Assembly: GCF_036971445.1 (NCBI RefSeq)
Contig: NC_091482.1
Span: 18,228,001 to 18,292,000, forward strand
Length of the DNA: 64,000 bases
Reading direction: 5' to 3'
DNA from: Narcine bancroftii
Taxonomy: Eukaryota
The position numbers were made by a program, and so were the translations under genes. This document shows, in pieces, positions 1-12,799 of this stretch. Numbering within the stretch: position 1 is the stretch's first letter; every line of letters begins with the position of its first letter. The notes beneath the pieces are model-generated. The model saw only the letters and a program-made list of their open reading frames with translations, made no database searches and was not told the origin of the DNA.

Positions 1-828
1 CATAACACATCTTGGTCCATGCACTGAATTCTGCAAATGTACACATGCACAAATATAGAATTATAGTGAATTTAGACCTGTTACATAATTGTCTCGACAT
101 ACACTGAATTCTCCTACTCACTGACAAAGTAAATGCATAGAACTGATAAAATACGACACGAGAAATAGGAGAGGGTTTATTTTGTCCAATCGATAGAACT
201 TATAGCTTGTGCGCCATTTAAAAAGACATCAACGGAACAGGGATACAAACAGCAAATGCTAGAAATATTCAGCAGTGCTTATGAGGAGAGAAAGAGTTTT
301 GGGTCCATGATTTTTTTTTTGTCCGTCCCGATGTCAACTCTTCCCACACATACTCCATGATCTGCCAAGTATTTTGTACATTTGCTAATTTCAGATTTCC
401 ATTACAAGTCATCCTTCGCTCCTTAATAAACAGAACAAAGCACTATTTCAACAAGAGGTGTGACAAGAAATTTTTAAAAAAACACGCTGAAAAACTTTAA
501 ACCCAGCAGAGAAATAAATAAAGTGACTCGTTTGATAGTCAGAAGCTTGCTTCTTGAGACATGGCAGAAATGAGGTGCTTGACACCAAGACAGCATTTGG
601 TTCCAATAACATCAGAGATCCAGGGTAAAATGTCACTGAAAATAAAAGGGAAATTTCCCACTAATTGGAATCAAACTAAACAGTGAAGAAGATGGCAACA
701 CTTCAATGCCTGTGGAAGTATCATGTTGAAGCTCATTTGTCACATTTTACCTAGTAAAAAGAAAATTATCATTTGGTGAGTAAACTAGCAAGTTATCTTT
801 AACATTAACACAGCCGTGTAGAGTAAAT

Positions 829-2010
829 TTACAAACTACAATTGGTACCAGGAAAGGGCAGCAGGTTGTGGGGCTCATCCAAGAAAGTGAAGAAACTGTC
901 TTTAAGCCTGTTGGTGTGTGCTTTCACACTCGAGCCTCCTCCGCAATGGAAGGGGCAAAGAAGAGATTGTGTCTGTGGTACAACGTCAGCTGGGGGGGGG
1001 GGGGGGGAGTTTGCTTTATGTACTGAGCGGCATTCACTACTTTCTGTAGCTTTTTCCAATCTTGAGCAAACCAGCTGCAATTCCACGCTGTGATGAAAGT
1101 AAATGTTTGATGGTCCACTCACTGGCATCTCTAGCGGGGTGTGGACCACACCACCTGTCACCATCAGAAAGGGGTGACACCAAAATGACTGTCTATAAAA
1201 TTTGTGTGCAATGTTTCAGCATAAATTTTTTTCACAAAATATTCCTGCAGTTAGTTATAGCAGCAAAAACATTTTTCAAAAGCCCAGCTTGCATGCATCA
1301 ATATACTTATAAGGCTAAAACCCTATGCCAAATTACTTTTTGAACATTCTAATGTGCTTCGTCTGGTCAGAGCTGTCATTATAACCTGATTACAAAGATG
1401 CTTCAAATCATCGAGTTTTGTCTGTGCGCGCTACAAGCACGTGCTGTTGTTTTTGTTGTTGCTGGTGTTTTTATAGTCGCTGCTTTTGTTAAATTTTATG
1501 GCGTTTTAGTAGTAATATTGTGGTCATTAGTATTTGTGAACCGATATCAATAATTTCTTTGAGAATGAAGTACTGGTAGTAATTTGGGGGGGGGGGGTGG
1601 GGGGGGAGGGTGGTGAAACTATGAGTTACTGCACTGGGTGACACCAACCCCAGTGATGCCATTGGGTGCACTAGCAGATGTTGTAGTGGAACAAGGGCAA
1701 CATGCTGAACTTCATTGGTCGTCTTAGAAAGTAAAGGCATTGGTGCACTTTCTTGATCACCACATCACCCAAGTCAGTTCATTGTAGAAATTTACCAAGA
1801 ACTTGGAAGTCATCTTCTCTTTCTATTTCAGCTCAGCTCTATTGGCACAGACACCTTCCCCTTCTCTTAAAGGGAATGATATTCTCCTTCATCTTATAGA
1901 TGTTGAGAGAGGGGTTTTCTTGGCACCGTGCAAACTTTCAATCTCTCTCCTGCATTTCAAATCATTATCACATACGGTGGAGTCAACGATGAATTTGCCT
2001 GGACAGATGC
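829..2010 (-). mobile_element. Decayed Rex1/Babar-like LINE 3' part, interrupted by a hAT element
   Basis: Minus-strand remnants such as WKKLQKVVNAAQYI and KAHTNRLKDSFF resemble the Rex1-type ORF2 C-terminus; RT-like remnant near 1900-2000. Boundaries approximate. Confidence 0.6.
1120..1664. mobile_element. Non-autonomous hAT-like DNA transposon
   Basis: Imperfect TIRs (CACTGGCATCTCTAG ... CCAGTGATGCCATTG) flanked by an 8-bp TSD ggtccact (1112-1119) / ggtgcact (1665-1672). Confidence 0.7.
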
Positions 2011-3530
2011 ACCATTTCAGTTACATCTCCACGGATAATGAAGCAGCTTTTGCCTGCATTGGGCAAGATCAGGGGAACATCCAGGATAAGTAATATTTAC
2101 GCCATGCACATGCTGGCAAATAACCATCTCCAACAAGCAAAACTGTAACTTGTTACTCTTGGCTGTCGCTGGTGTCACCATCACCACCAATATCACTGTG
2201 TTTGTGTTGAGGCTATCACCATTAACCAGTAGCTTACTTGGATAGCTAATATTATGGGTGTCAGTAGGTTACAGGTTATCACTTGTGCAGTGGGAAACTC
2301 AATGCCCGATTTTGCAAACCATTTCCATTCCATCAAACCACAAGTGTAATGTTATCAACTAATTTCCCAATCAGTGCAGCTGTAACACCACTGCAACATA
2401 AAACTCCAAGACAAAACAATGCACTTAATGCACACTTCATCCATCACCTCTAGCTTGCACTTTTGGTCAATGAATAACACATTCAAAATTCCCTGCAGTA
2501 ACTTGGAAAACTGCCACAGATGTGGATCCACGGAGAGGAGACACAACACTGCTTCGCAGGGCTCTACCACCTAGTCCAACTACCGACTTCTCCGTAAAGG
2601 CTTTAAACAGCCTGTTAAAGGAGCCAACGGTGGTTTATTTTTAAATCCTGCAACTGCGAGGTCCGGGCCCAAGATGGTAACACCTGTATACAGCAGCAGT
2701 CTCAAGCGGCTTCAGACTTCAGAGAAGCAGAGGACCAGCGCAGGGCACCAGAGAACTGGGAGAAATCCCCCCCCCCCGCCAACAACCAGTTTGAGAGGGA
2801 GAAGGAGAAACAGAGGAGATGATCCTATGAGACTATGACCATGGCGGCGAACCACTGATGGCTTCTTCAGCTGAAGAACATTCGTGCTGTTGGTGACTTG
2901 AGACAAGGAACCCACACAGGCTGCAGTCTGCTGGAAACAGGCTCGAGGCTGTTTGAAAGGATACCAGGCATCAGAACCAGATTTCATGAGGGCGCTGAGG
3001 GCATGGAAGGCTTCGTGATGGCGTTGGAGATTCAGATCTAGAACTTACGGTGCCAATCCTTTGAACTGAAATCTATGTGGCTGCAGAGGCTGGGGGAGCA
3101 CTGGAACTGAATCCATGGAGATTCAGGACTCTGGGGGCAGGGGCGGGGGGCACTCTTTTTCTTCCCTCTCTCTGACTGCAAGCGGCTCCCGGCAATTTCG
3201 ACTGATGGCGAATCTGTCTGCCTTAAGGCAGACGAAAGCAAATTTTGTGTAATATTACATCTGTTTTGTGCATAGGAAGAACATTGCTGGTAAATTCCTC
3301 TCTAAGTCACACAACATCGCCTTCGGAGAAATGTACCACATTTCAGTACCACATCAAAATCCAAGAATTCTGAACACCACCGTAAAGCACCTTCTCTGAA
3401 GAAATGTTTGTGTGACCAATTTGCAGCTTGTTGTCACCATCAAGAACAATTTGGGATGAATGTTAAATGTGGTTTTGCTGGCATTGTTCATGCCCACAAG
3501 AAACCAAAAATGATGATTTATCTGTTGATT

Positions 3531-3772
3531 TCCGTGCATCTTGGCGCCTCACAGTTCGGCGGGCAGCAACCTCCTTTGAAGAAGACCGCAGAGCCCACCT
3601 CACTGACAAAAGAGGAAAAACCCAAATGCCCAACCCCAACCAACCAATTTTCCCCTGCAACCGTGTCTGCCTGTCCCACATCGGACTTGTCAGCCACAAA
3701 CGAGCCTGCAGCTGACGTGGACATTTACCCCTCCATAAATCTTCGTCCACGAAGCCAAGCCAAAGAAAAAAG
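3531..3772 (+). mobile_element. 5'-truncated RTE-clade LINE 3' end
   Basis: Encodes [26 protein letters not shown]...[15 protein letters not shown], ends GAAGCCAAGCCAAAGAAAAAA; near-identical to the copy at 29572-29929. Confidence 0.8.
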
Positions 3773-4439
3773 TAGATGAAGATTATAGAATGACATTTAC
3801 AATGAAGAAATTAAATCCAAGTTAAGAATGTAGGATTAAAGGAGTGAATGAATCCTGCATTTTAATTATTGGTACAGTACACAGGTTTCTCCGAGAAAAA
3901 AAAAGTTAACAATTTAAATTAAACAGTGAACTAAGGGCATTCAAAGCATCTGGAAGCACAGGTTTTCCCAATTTCAAATTAATTTCTAGTGTTTAGGAAA
4001 AACAGATATTCTAAGGAAAACAGAAAATTAACTGTCGTGAGGGAAAAATCCCAGCTCTGCCATGTTGCCCACGTTAAGGCCATCATGCCCAAGACATCAA
4101 GTGTTCTGTTGGCTCCAAGTCTAAACACTGTCAACGTACTTTAAGCAGCTGCCAGCGATATCAGGTGTCCAGCTCACCTCCATACTATCATATGCCAACA
4201 ATTTTATTAGCATCAGTGGACAGATACCCAAACATTGCTCCAGTTCTGTAGCAAAAAGGGGAAATGTCTGGAAAAAGCAGAATGCAATGTGATAAGCCAA
4301 ATGAAAATCCTTTTTGATCAAAAGAACAAAAAAGTGCCTTTATTGTAGTAGAAATATTCCACACAAAGCATCAAGATTAAAAAGCAACACTAGCCCACGC
4401 AATCCAATTCAAGGCTATTTAATCATGGATCAACATAAA

Positions 4440-5450
4440 CTAATCCTTCTGATGAGTTTGCCATTTTGATGAGGGCATGAATGCCAAGCAAAAGAAACAC
4501 AATGGGGTTTTGCAAAATCTTTGTGAACTATTGCATGCTATTCTCCAAAGGTTCAGGTGGTCGCAAGCACCCACTTTCCTTCGAAGTGGTGACAAAGGTA
4601 GTCAGGGTGTTGAATACGCTTGTCTTCATTGGTCACGGCACTGAGCACAAGAGCTGGGATGTCACATTTCAACTGTACAAGCCATTGGTGAGACCACAAT
4701 AGGAGACCCCAGGTTAAAAACATCCGACTTACAGACAACTTTTACTTACAAATGTCCCTTCTGGTGTGCAAGACATCAATGGAACAAGAGGAAGTGTTAA
4801 CTTTTAACCATGATCTTTTTTCTTTTTTTAAGAACAGTTTATTTAATTTTTTTTAAAAACAAAACAAACATTTGACTGACACTAAATAAGAACCATATGT
4901 ACCTGTCCCAACTTATTTACAAATTCAGCAAGAACGAATTTTGTTCAAACCCCGGACAAGAGTGTACTGTGCACAGTCCTGGTCACCCAGCCAAAGGATG
5001 ATGTCATTAAGCTGGAAAGGTTATAGAAAACAAAAATCACAGGAATGTTGTAAGAAGAGTGTGGATAGGCTGAGATTTTGATCCCTGAACTGTAGAATTA
5101 AATTTATAAAGTCACGAGGGGAATAGATAAAGTGAATGGTCACAGTCTTTTTTCTCAAAAATAGAGAGCACATATTTAAGGTGGGTAGTGGAAATATTTA
5201 AAAGGGACACTGAAGGGTGCATGTTTCCACAGAGAAGCTTGTAGGCATCTGGAGAAAGCTGCCAGAAAAAACAATACAGGTGCCAGAAAAAACAATACAG
5301 GTGGGTAAAATCAATGTTTAAAAAAGACATTTAGACAGACAGAAGAGTGGGAAAGATTCAGTGATACGAGCCAAATGCAAGTAAATTTGACTATCTCAAG
5401 AAGACAACTTGTTTACGTTGGGCTGAAGGACACATTTCCAGAATGCAAAA
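4440..5450 (+). mobile_element. Decayed CR1-type LINE 3' fragments (interrupted)
   Basis: Remnants such as LYKPLVRPQ and a VQFWSP-like segment (gtgcacagtcctggtcaccc), with a CR1-like 3' UTR. Confidence 0.6.
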
Positions 5451-6490
5451 AACACTTTTGACCTTGCGTTTGATGCAAAATGCACCAGCAAATCAAAATA
5501 TGCAAGATCATTGTTCAACTGTGATCCAGCACAGAAATGGAAGATTTACATTACATTTCACTTCGTGCAAAAACAGTTACTAGCCTGTGGTGCACAAATT
5601 GAATGATAACTTTACTTATTTAAACTTTCAAGCATGAGGAAAAAGAATACAAGGCCGTTGAATGCCAGGGAATTAATTCAATTGGTCTCATTCTGAATGC
5701 AAAATTAACAACACTGTTTTGCTTCGAAATTAGGTTCAAAGAGCTACATATTCCACATCCTTCACCATGTAGAACTGCTTAAATATATTAATAAAGAGTG
5801 CCTGGATTTTTATTTCAAAAGTGAAAATGTACTTAACTAATTCAACCCATTAGCAGGCACTGCCACTCCCAACATCATAATGTCACCTAAATGCCACAAA
5901 TACATATTTAGTATTAAATTTCTTAGTGCCAGATGTACTGTCAATGAGAGATTAGAGCACATCAAATCTACTATATTAATGGTAATTACATATTAAATGT
6001 GGCAAATTAGCTCTAATTCCAAAAGAAATCTGAAAAGCAAATCTAAAGGTGGTCCAGTTTTGTTTATTGTCTTTTACTAAGATATGGTGAAAATGTCAAT
6101 TTGGCAAGTGATGAAATTAAAAGGACAGAAGGGCTTTCTGCCACGACTTTTATCTGTCCATTCAGCAACAAGAAAACTAGATAGATAGATTGATCTACAC
6201 ACACGCCCACAATATCCGCATGCACAACTACACACACCTGCATTTTAAATATTTCTATAATCAGGATTCAATGAACACAGTTATAGCATCACTTTCAAAT
6301 AAAAAAATCAGAGCCTAGTTCAACTTCTCATTTATTTAATTGATTTTCACAAATTTGTCATCAAACAGACATCAAATGATCCCCCCCAACACCCCACCCC
6401 GAAAAAATACACGAGGCCAAAGACCGAATAATTAGCCTATTCAGAATGTGAAGCAATGCAGAATCTCAACTGCAACGTGACCCTCTAACT

Positions 6491-7646
6491 CAGTAGTTCT
6501 CAACCTTTTTCTTTCCACTCACATACCACCTTAAGCAATCCCTTTCTAATCACAGAGCACCTATGGCATAGGGAATACTTAAAGTGGTATGTGAGTGGAA
6601 AGAAAAAGGTTGAGTCTAATTCGATGAGTGTGACGTGTTCCCATTTTTTCAGTTCATTTTATTGTCCCTTTAAGAGAACAGATTTAACAAACTGCCTACA
6701 GGATTTAAAGTGACTGTGAAACTAGCTGCAAGCTTTGAACATCACGTTCCTTCTATTGCAGTGGTTCCCAACCTTTTTACTTTCCACTCACATACCACTT
6801 TAAGTATTCCCTAGGCCATAAGTGTTCTGTGATTAATAAGGGATTGCTTAAGGTGGTATGTGGGTGGAAAGAAAAAGTTTGAAAACCACTGTTTTAATCA
6901 TTCCAAATTGACTCGCTATGTGCACACTTTCATAACTCCAAAGGAAATGGGCCAATGACAATTTTTCTCAAGCAAAATATTTCCGTAATCATTAGGTCCA
7001 GAGCAGTGATTCTCAACCTTTCCTTCCGACTCACATGCCACCTTAGGCAATCACTTACTAATCACAGAACACTTATGGCACAGGGAATACTTAAAGTGGT
7101 ATGTGAGTGGAAAGTAAAAAGGTTGGGAACCACTGCAATAGAAGGAACGTGATGTTCAAAGCTTGCAGCTAGTTTCACAGTCACTTTAAATCCTGTAGGC
7201 AGTTTGTTAAATCTGTTCTCTTAAAGGGACAATAAAATGAACTGAAAAAATGGGAACACATCACACTCATCGAATTAGACTCAACCTTTTTCTTTCCACT
7301 CACATACCACTTTAAGTATTCCCTGTGCCATAAGTGTTCTGTGATTAGTAAGTGATTGCTTAAGGTGGCATGTGAGTAGGAAGGAAAGGTTGAGAATCAC
7401 TGCTCTGGACCTAATGATTACGGAAATATTTTGCTTGAGAAAAATTGTCATTGGCCCATTTCCTTTGGAATTATGAAAGTGTGCACATAACGAATCAATT
7501 TGGAATGATTAAAACAGTGGTTTTCAAACTTTTTCTTTCCACCCACATACCACCTTAAGCAATCCCTTATTAATCACAGAACACTTATGGCCTAGGGAAT
7601 ACTTAAAGTGGTATGCGAGTGGAAAGTAAAAGGTTGGGAACCACTG
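6491..7646. mobile_element. Cluster of five approx. 130-bp hAT-type MITE units with inverted-duplicated spacers
   Basis: Units with CAGTGGTTYYCAACCTTTT-type TIRs at 6491-6614, 6759-6891, 7004-7135, 7280-7402 and 7515-7646; 8-bp TSD ttctattg / ttctatta around 6759-7646. Confidence 0.85.
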
Positions 7647-9713
7647 TTCTATTAGATATATTTGTGGAGCCCTGAAGAATCCAAGTGCAGAGACCATGTG
7701 ACCAGCTTATTGAAAAGAGTGCTAAGGAGGCCATTTTAAGGAAGCAGAACAAGAGTAATAAGCTCTTTGACCTCCTTTGTGGGATTGAGAAACCCACTTG
7801 GCTTCATTGTGTGGTTATAGGCAAATTGTCATAGAGGAATGAGAGATCACTTTGACTCACCAACAAAAAGGGTTCTATAGGCAGAAGAAATACTACACTC
7901 TACCACGACTGACCCACAAAAATGATTCTAATTGCTGAAGAAGACACTCATCTAAAAAGGGCATTTCTCTGAAGCACTTCAACAAGGGTTTCCAGAATGT
8001 GACATTCTGTCACACCCAGTCTCTTTCACCCACTTCAGGAACTGCTAACTTCATCTTAAAGCCTGCGTCTCTCACCCATCTTAAGGCCAGCATGTCACGT
8101 CAATTTCAAACCCACATGTCATCACTGAATTTCTGAATCTGAACTACCTTCCAAGGATTGAGCTTTGATCTGTAGTGGCTTGGGGTTTTCCAAACACACC
8201 AATATATTCATGCAGTTAAAATTAGAGTTTAAGTTAAATAATTGTATATAAATTTAGTTAATTTTAGATAAGTTAAATTAGATTGATTATTAATCAATAA
8301 TTATGTAACACCTAAATATTTTAAATACAATTATAAAATCGCTGCTATCTGGTATGTAACATGAGAACAAAGACAACTGGGAAAGTTGCATTCATAAACA
8401 CAAATATTCTCTTCTGCAATCATGTAATGAAGTTATTTTACTCGAGACAAAGTGACAATCATGGATATATTGTGCTATAAATGAGGAACTATTCCCTTAA
8501 AATGAAGGGCCAACTTGCCTCCTCCTGTATGCTCACAAGCACAAGATAACACACACTGTATAATATAAAATGAATTGTCCAAATCCCAGCGATAGTGAGA
8601 GATGCAAAACGAATTTTCCAAAGATGCAAATACCAACACTCCATATTTATTCCCAATTTGAATTCCATCCCACCTCATACATCTGATTTGAATCAGTGCT
8701 TGGATCCCTACGAATAGCCATTTTGTTGTATGGCAAAAAGCCCCCCTCCACAGATTTCTTGACAGAGTACATCCGTGACTTCACATACAACCCGGAGATT
8801 CTTTTTTCCCTGCATGAATTACAACTTATTGGTAGTGTTAAAGAAAATTGCACGACGTCGAGATGTAAACCAACTGACTGTGAGCTACAAGGTAAAAACA
8901 TCCCAATAAAGTGCAAAAGTGTCTTTAATTGAGCCCCTGATTGAGTTTATTGTTGAGGAGTCTGATGGTGGAGAGACTGAACCTGGTGGCTGAATGCCAG
9001 CTTTAAGGTGACGAGGTTATGCGCTGGTCTCTCTTCCCCCACCCCACCCCAAATTACCCTCAGGATGCAAGCAGGTGTCAGACCCGACTTTCCTCCCAAG
9101 TCCAGCCCATCACACCAAGCCTGGCTTCAACGCAGACACGATTTCCACGTGAAGGCAACTCGCCACTTGCGATGATCCATTGCAACCCAGACCGGGCTTC
9201 ACCACCGTCCGCCTGGTTGCAGGGAAGGCAATACACGGAGAGAATGGGCACAGAACTCCAAGTGCAGATTCTGACCCAAGACCCTTCGTGCGATGTTGAA
9301 CGAAACGACAACCCCTCCGCGGCAAACGCTCTGAGGGCAAGACGAAGCGAGAGTCGTCGAGCCTTGTCATTGCCAAGCGCAATCCCAAGTCAGACCAGGG
9401 ACTCAGTCGGTCTGCCGCAGCCTGCGGGTTCGTGGCATCCACACCGCCCCAGCGAACCACTTCCCTCCAAACTTGCAGGAATGACTAGTGACAGGGGAGG
9501 GGGTCCTGAGACGGAACAGAATCGGGGGAAACTGGCAGCGATGATAAAGGTCCTCGCTACCCTTTCGCTCCAACTGCCGAGATCACATTAGTTTGGTAAC
9601 GAACACTCCCCACACTGTTTGCAACGCCAATTATTCACATCTGAACAGCAGGATGCAAAACGATAACTAATAGGAGGGATCCCGGGGGAGAGGGGAGAGA
9701 CCTGGGGGAGAGG

Positions 9714-10325
9714 AGGGGAGGGATCCCGGGGGAGGGGAGGGATCCCGGGGGAGGGGAGGGATCCCGGGGGAGGGGAGGGATCCCGGGGGAGGGGAGGGAT
9801 CCCGGGGGAGGGGAGGGATCCCGGGGGAGGGGAGGGATCCCGGGGGAGGGGAGGGATCCCGGGGGAGGGGAGGGATCCCGGGGGAGGGGAGGGATCCCGG
9901 GGGAGGGGAGGGATCCCGGGGGAGGGGAGGGATCCCGGGGGCGGGGAGGGATCCCGGGGGCGGGGAGGGATCCCGGGGGCGGGGAGGGATCCCGGGGGCG
10001 GGGAGGGATCCCGGGGGCGGGGAGGGATCCCGGGGGCGGGGAGGGATCCCGGGGGCGGGGAGGGATCCCGGGGGCGGGGAGGGATCCCGGGGGCGGGGAG
10101 GGATCCCGGGGGCGGGGAGGGATCCCGGGGGCGGGGAGGGATCCCGGGGGCGGGGAGGGATCCCGGGGGAGGGGAGGGATCCCGGGGGAGGGGAGGGATC
10201 CCGGGGGAGGGGAGGGATCCCGGGGGAGGGGAGGGATCCCGGGGGAGGGGAGGGATCCCGGGGGAGGGGAGGGATCCCGGGGGAGGGGAGGGATCCCGGG
10301 GGAGGGGAGGGATCCCGGGGGAGGG
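9714..10325 (+). repeat. 19-bp G-rich minisatellite GGGGAGGGATCCCGGGGG(A/C), about 32 copies, in PITPNM3 intron 1
   Basis: Read directly; the 19-aa period of the spurious ORF 9635-10336 equals three 19-nt units. Central block of 12 C-variant units. Confidence 0.95.
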
Positions 10326-10765
10326 GGAGACAGCAAAAGGGAAGTGTTTTTAAAGCAGCTGTGTGTTATTCGGTGTACTTAATATAACGAGTTCAATTAA
10401 AAACAAGAGGGGGGCTTGATGGGATTGAACACAGCTGTGGCTTCGGAAGGTGAGCGGGATAACGCTGCGTACTAAAAATATGCGTTCGGAACAGAGTAAC
10501 CTTTAAAACAATATCCCTGCAGATAACACTAACAGGCGAACGTACCCCATGCTGAGGCTTAATTCAGCACTGGATACGTCCTGTGAACAGAAAATGCAGC
10601 CTCTCAGCGACTTTGGTTTCCGGCCACAATTGCTCTGCGGACTCGCATTCCGATAGTTTCACACTTCGCCAAAGTGCAGAGCATTAAACACGAATACTTC
10701 AGGGGTTTCTCTCCCCACCATGGGAATGACCACCGCAAAGATGCAAGAAAACGGGTGCAGCTCAC

Positions 10766-10787
10766 CTGTCGCAGACGCCTTGTCCAT
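10766..10787 (-). CDS. PITPNM3: PITPNM3 (Nir1) first coding exon, MDKASAT+G, 22 nt
   Basis: Minus strand reads gaaATGGACAAGGCGTCTGCGACAG|GTGAG inside a CpG-rich region. This matches the short first coding exon I recall for human PITPNM3 (MAKAGRA-G) and the conserved order PITPNM3-KIAA0753-TXNDC17. The rest of the gene lies left of the window. Confidence 0.7.
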
Positions 10788-10789
10788 TT

Positions 10790-11110
10790 CACAACGGCGG
10801 GTGAGGTGGGAGGAAGCACAACTGCTGCTCTCCGCGGTTGCCCCTCCACTCCACACACACAGGACAACCTGCGGCGGCAGGTACTGCTGGTTGCGAGAAG
10901 CTCACGTTGCAAGCTGCATCGGCTCTGAACTCTTGGCTGCCTCTGGTGGTGCAGTGGAGGAAATGCCGCCGACCTGACCCCGCGTGGTGATTGGTGGATC
11001 CGAAGGGGGCAATGCAGAGTGTGCCTTTGCAAAGGTTGCTTGCCTCACAGGAGAGTGATCAAACATGGCTTTTGTGGCCAATTAAAACCAGCCAATCAGA
11101 TAGCAGCTAT
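10790..11110 (-). promoter_or_regulatory. Probable PITPNM3 5'UTR/promoter
   Basis: CpG-rich, with CCAAT boxes near 10990, 11078 and 11092, upstream of the putative ATG. Confidence 0.5.
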
Positions 11111-11227
11111 GGAGAGAGACATTGAAGTCCCTGTTTCTCTGTTCAACCTGAAAGTTAATGTTCTAGCCTCACTTCAGTGTCTTGGATGGAAATGAAGAGT
11201 AAGGCGCTTGAAGCAGGTGTGTGATCT

Positions 11228-11345
11228 CATAAGAAATCGGAGCAGGAGTCGGCCATCCGGCCCATCGAGGCTGTTCCGCCATTCACTGAAATCATTGCTG
11301 ATCTGATGATAGGCTCATCTCTCCCTATCTGCCTTTTCCCCATGC
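11228..11345 (-). mobile_element. CR1-type LINE 3' tail
   Basis: CATAAGAAAT..GGAGCAGGAGTCGGCCAT is the typical reverse-oriented 3' end of shark/ray CR1 elements. Confidence 0.55.
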
Positions 11346-12799
11346 CCCTCACTTGTGAATCTTTCTCTTGACTGGAAAAGGGAGCAAGGTGAAGAGAGAA
11401 TAGCCAGGGTGGGATGTGGGTTGTTTTTCCAAACCAGAAGGGGTTGATGGAGGGGAGGGTGGGTTATTTATGATAGTTGAGCCCCATTCACAGCCCTCTG
11501 CAATCTCGGAGGGTCCAGACCCCTGTACCATGCAGTGACGCACCCCGATAGGATGCTTGTCAGTGGTCACCTGTGAAGGTTATTCAGGGATTCTAAGCAA
11601 GTGAACTTTCTTGGCCATTGCATCGACATGCCTGGACCAGGACAGATCACTGAAGATTTTATTGCTAGGAACTTGAATTGAAATGTTTGGATACTGTATC
11701 AAAACAATTAAATTATAGCAATATGTCTGCTCCTGGTATTTTTTATAGGGAAAGAATTGCCAATACTGGGAATCATCAAACCATAATGGATAAAACCAGC
11801 ACATCACTTTCAATTAGTTAAATAATAATTTTCACAGATATTTTACTTCCACATTCCAGCCACTTACCGTACTTTATAAAAATATTATTTTCCACAATTC
11901 ATTTGCAATTTACCTTAAATCTATATCCTCTTTCAAGTGATTCACCTCTCAGCTATTGGAAGCTGCTGCAATTTATTTATGCCTTCCTTTATTTTAAAGT
12001 CCAATGACACAACTCCCCTCTTAAACTTTTTCTTCTAAATCTGAAGCTAAATAGACTTGCCGAGTTTTAACAGATCCCCCCCCCCACCCCCACAAGAAGA
12101 AACCAATTAAGCTTTTGAGTTTCTGAGTTTAATTTATCATCACGTGTACCAAGTATTTTAAATTCATTTCAAAAATGGTAAAAGCAAGATCAATGATCCA
12201 ACTGAGTTTGTCACGCAAGATTAAGCAGACAAGCTGAAGGAGAGATCATCTCATTGAAACATATTAAATTCTTAAGGGGCTTATGGAATTGATGATTCTC
12301 CTGAGTGGGCATCTAGAACCAGGGTCAGTCACAAGGGAGAAGCGTTCAGGACAGCAACAAGAAAATCTTGTTGATGCTAAATTAAACTTCAGCTCTGCTG
12401 CTTTCATATGATTCAGATCACAGTTGGAGAAAATATCTCCAGTGAGTTGACCACGAGCATAAAAGAGCCCAAATGGGATTTCTTCCCATCTTTCTGAAGA
12501 GCAGAGTTAAGTTTAATTTTTGTTAAAGACATGGCCATTAAGAACTCATTTCAGTTTCAGATTCAGATTTATTGTCAGAGTACTTACATGACATCACATT
12601 CAACCAAACTAAGTGATCTCAATGCTCTGTAGCGGCAGCTATTCATTCTCTGAAATCACAAATGATTCTAAGCCCAAGACTATGACAGTGTGTTTTTAAA
12701 AAATGCGTGCACGATTTTAAAATGCCTGAATAGCCATTTCGATTTCAAATAACCAACGGAATTTATGAAAATATGTGAAAATGGAACATTTTCATGCAT

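Noticed and set aside
5260-5301. 21-bp tandem duplication TGCCAGAAAAAACAATACAGG
   Set aside because: Ordinary slippage inside a dead CR1 fragment.
6491-7646. Repeat-spacer pattern superficially like a CRISPR array
   Set aside because: Vertebrate intron; the repeats are approx. 130-bp TIR elements in alternating orientation, the spacers are inverted duplicates, and there are no cas genes.
9019-9591. 190-aa ORF in the CpG-rich part of PITPNM3 intron 1
   Set aside because: No recognisable domain; long ORFs are expected by chance in GC-rich sequence.
9635-10336. 233-aa proline-rich ORF
   Set aside because: It is simply the translation of a stop-free 19-bp minisatellite inside an intron.
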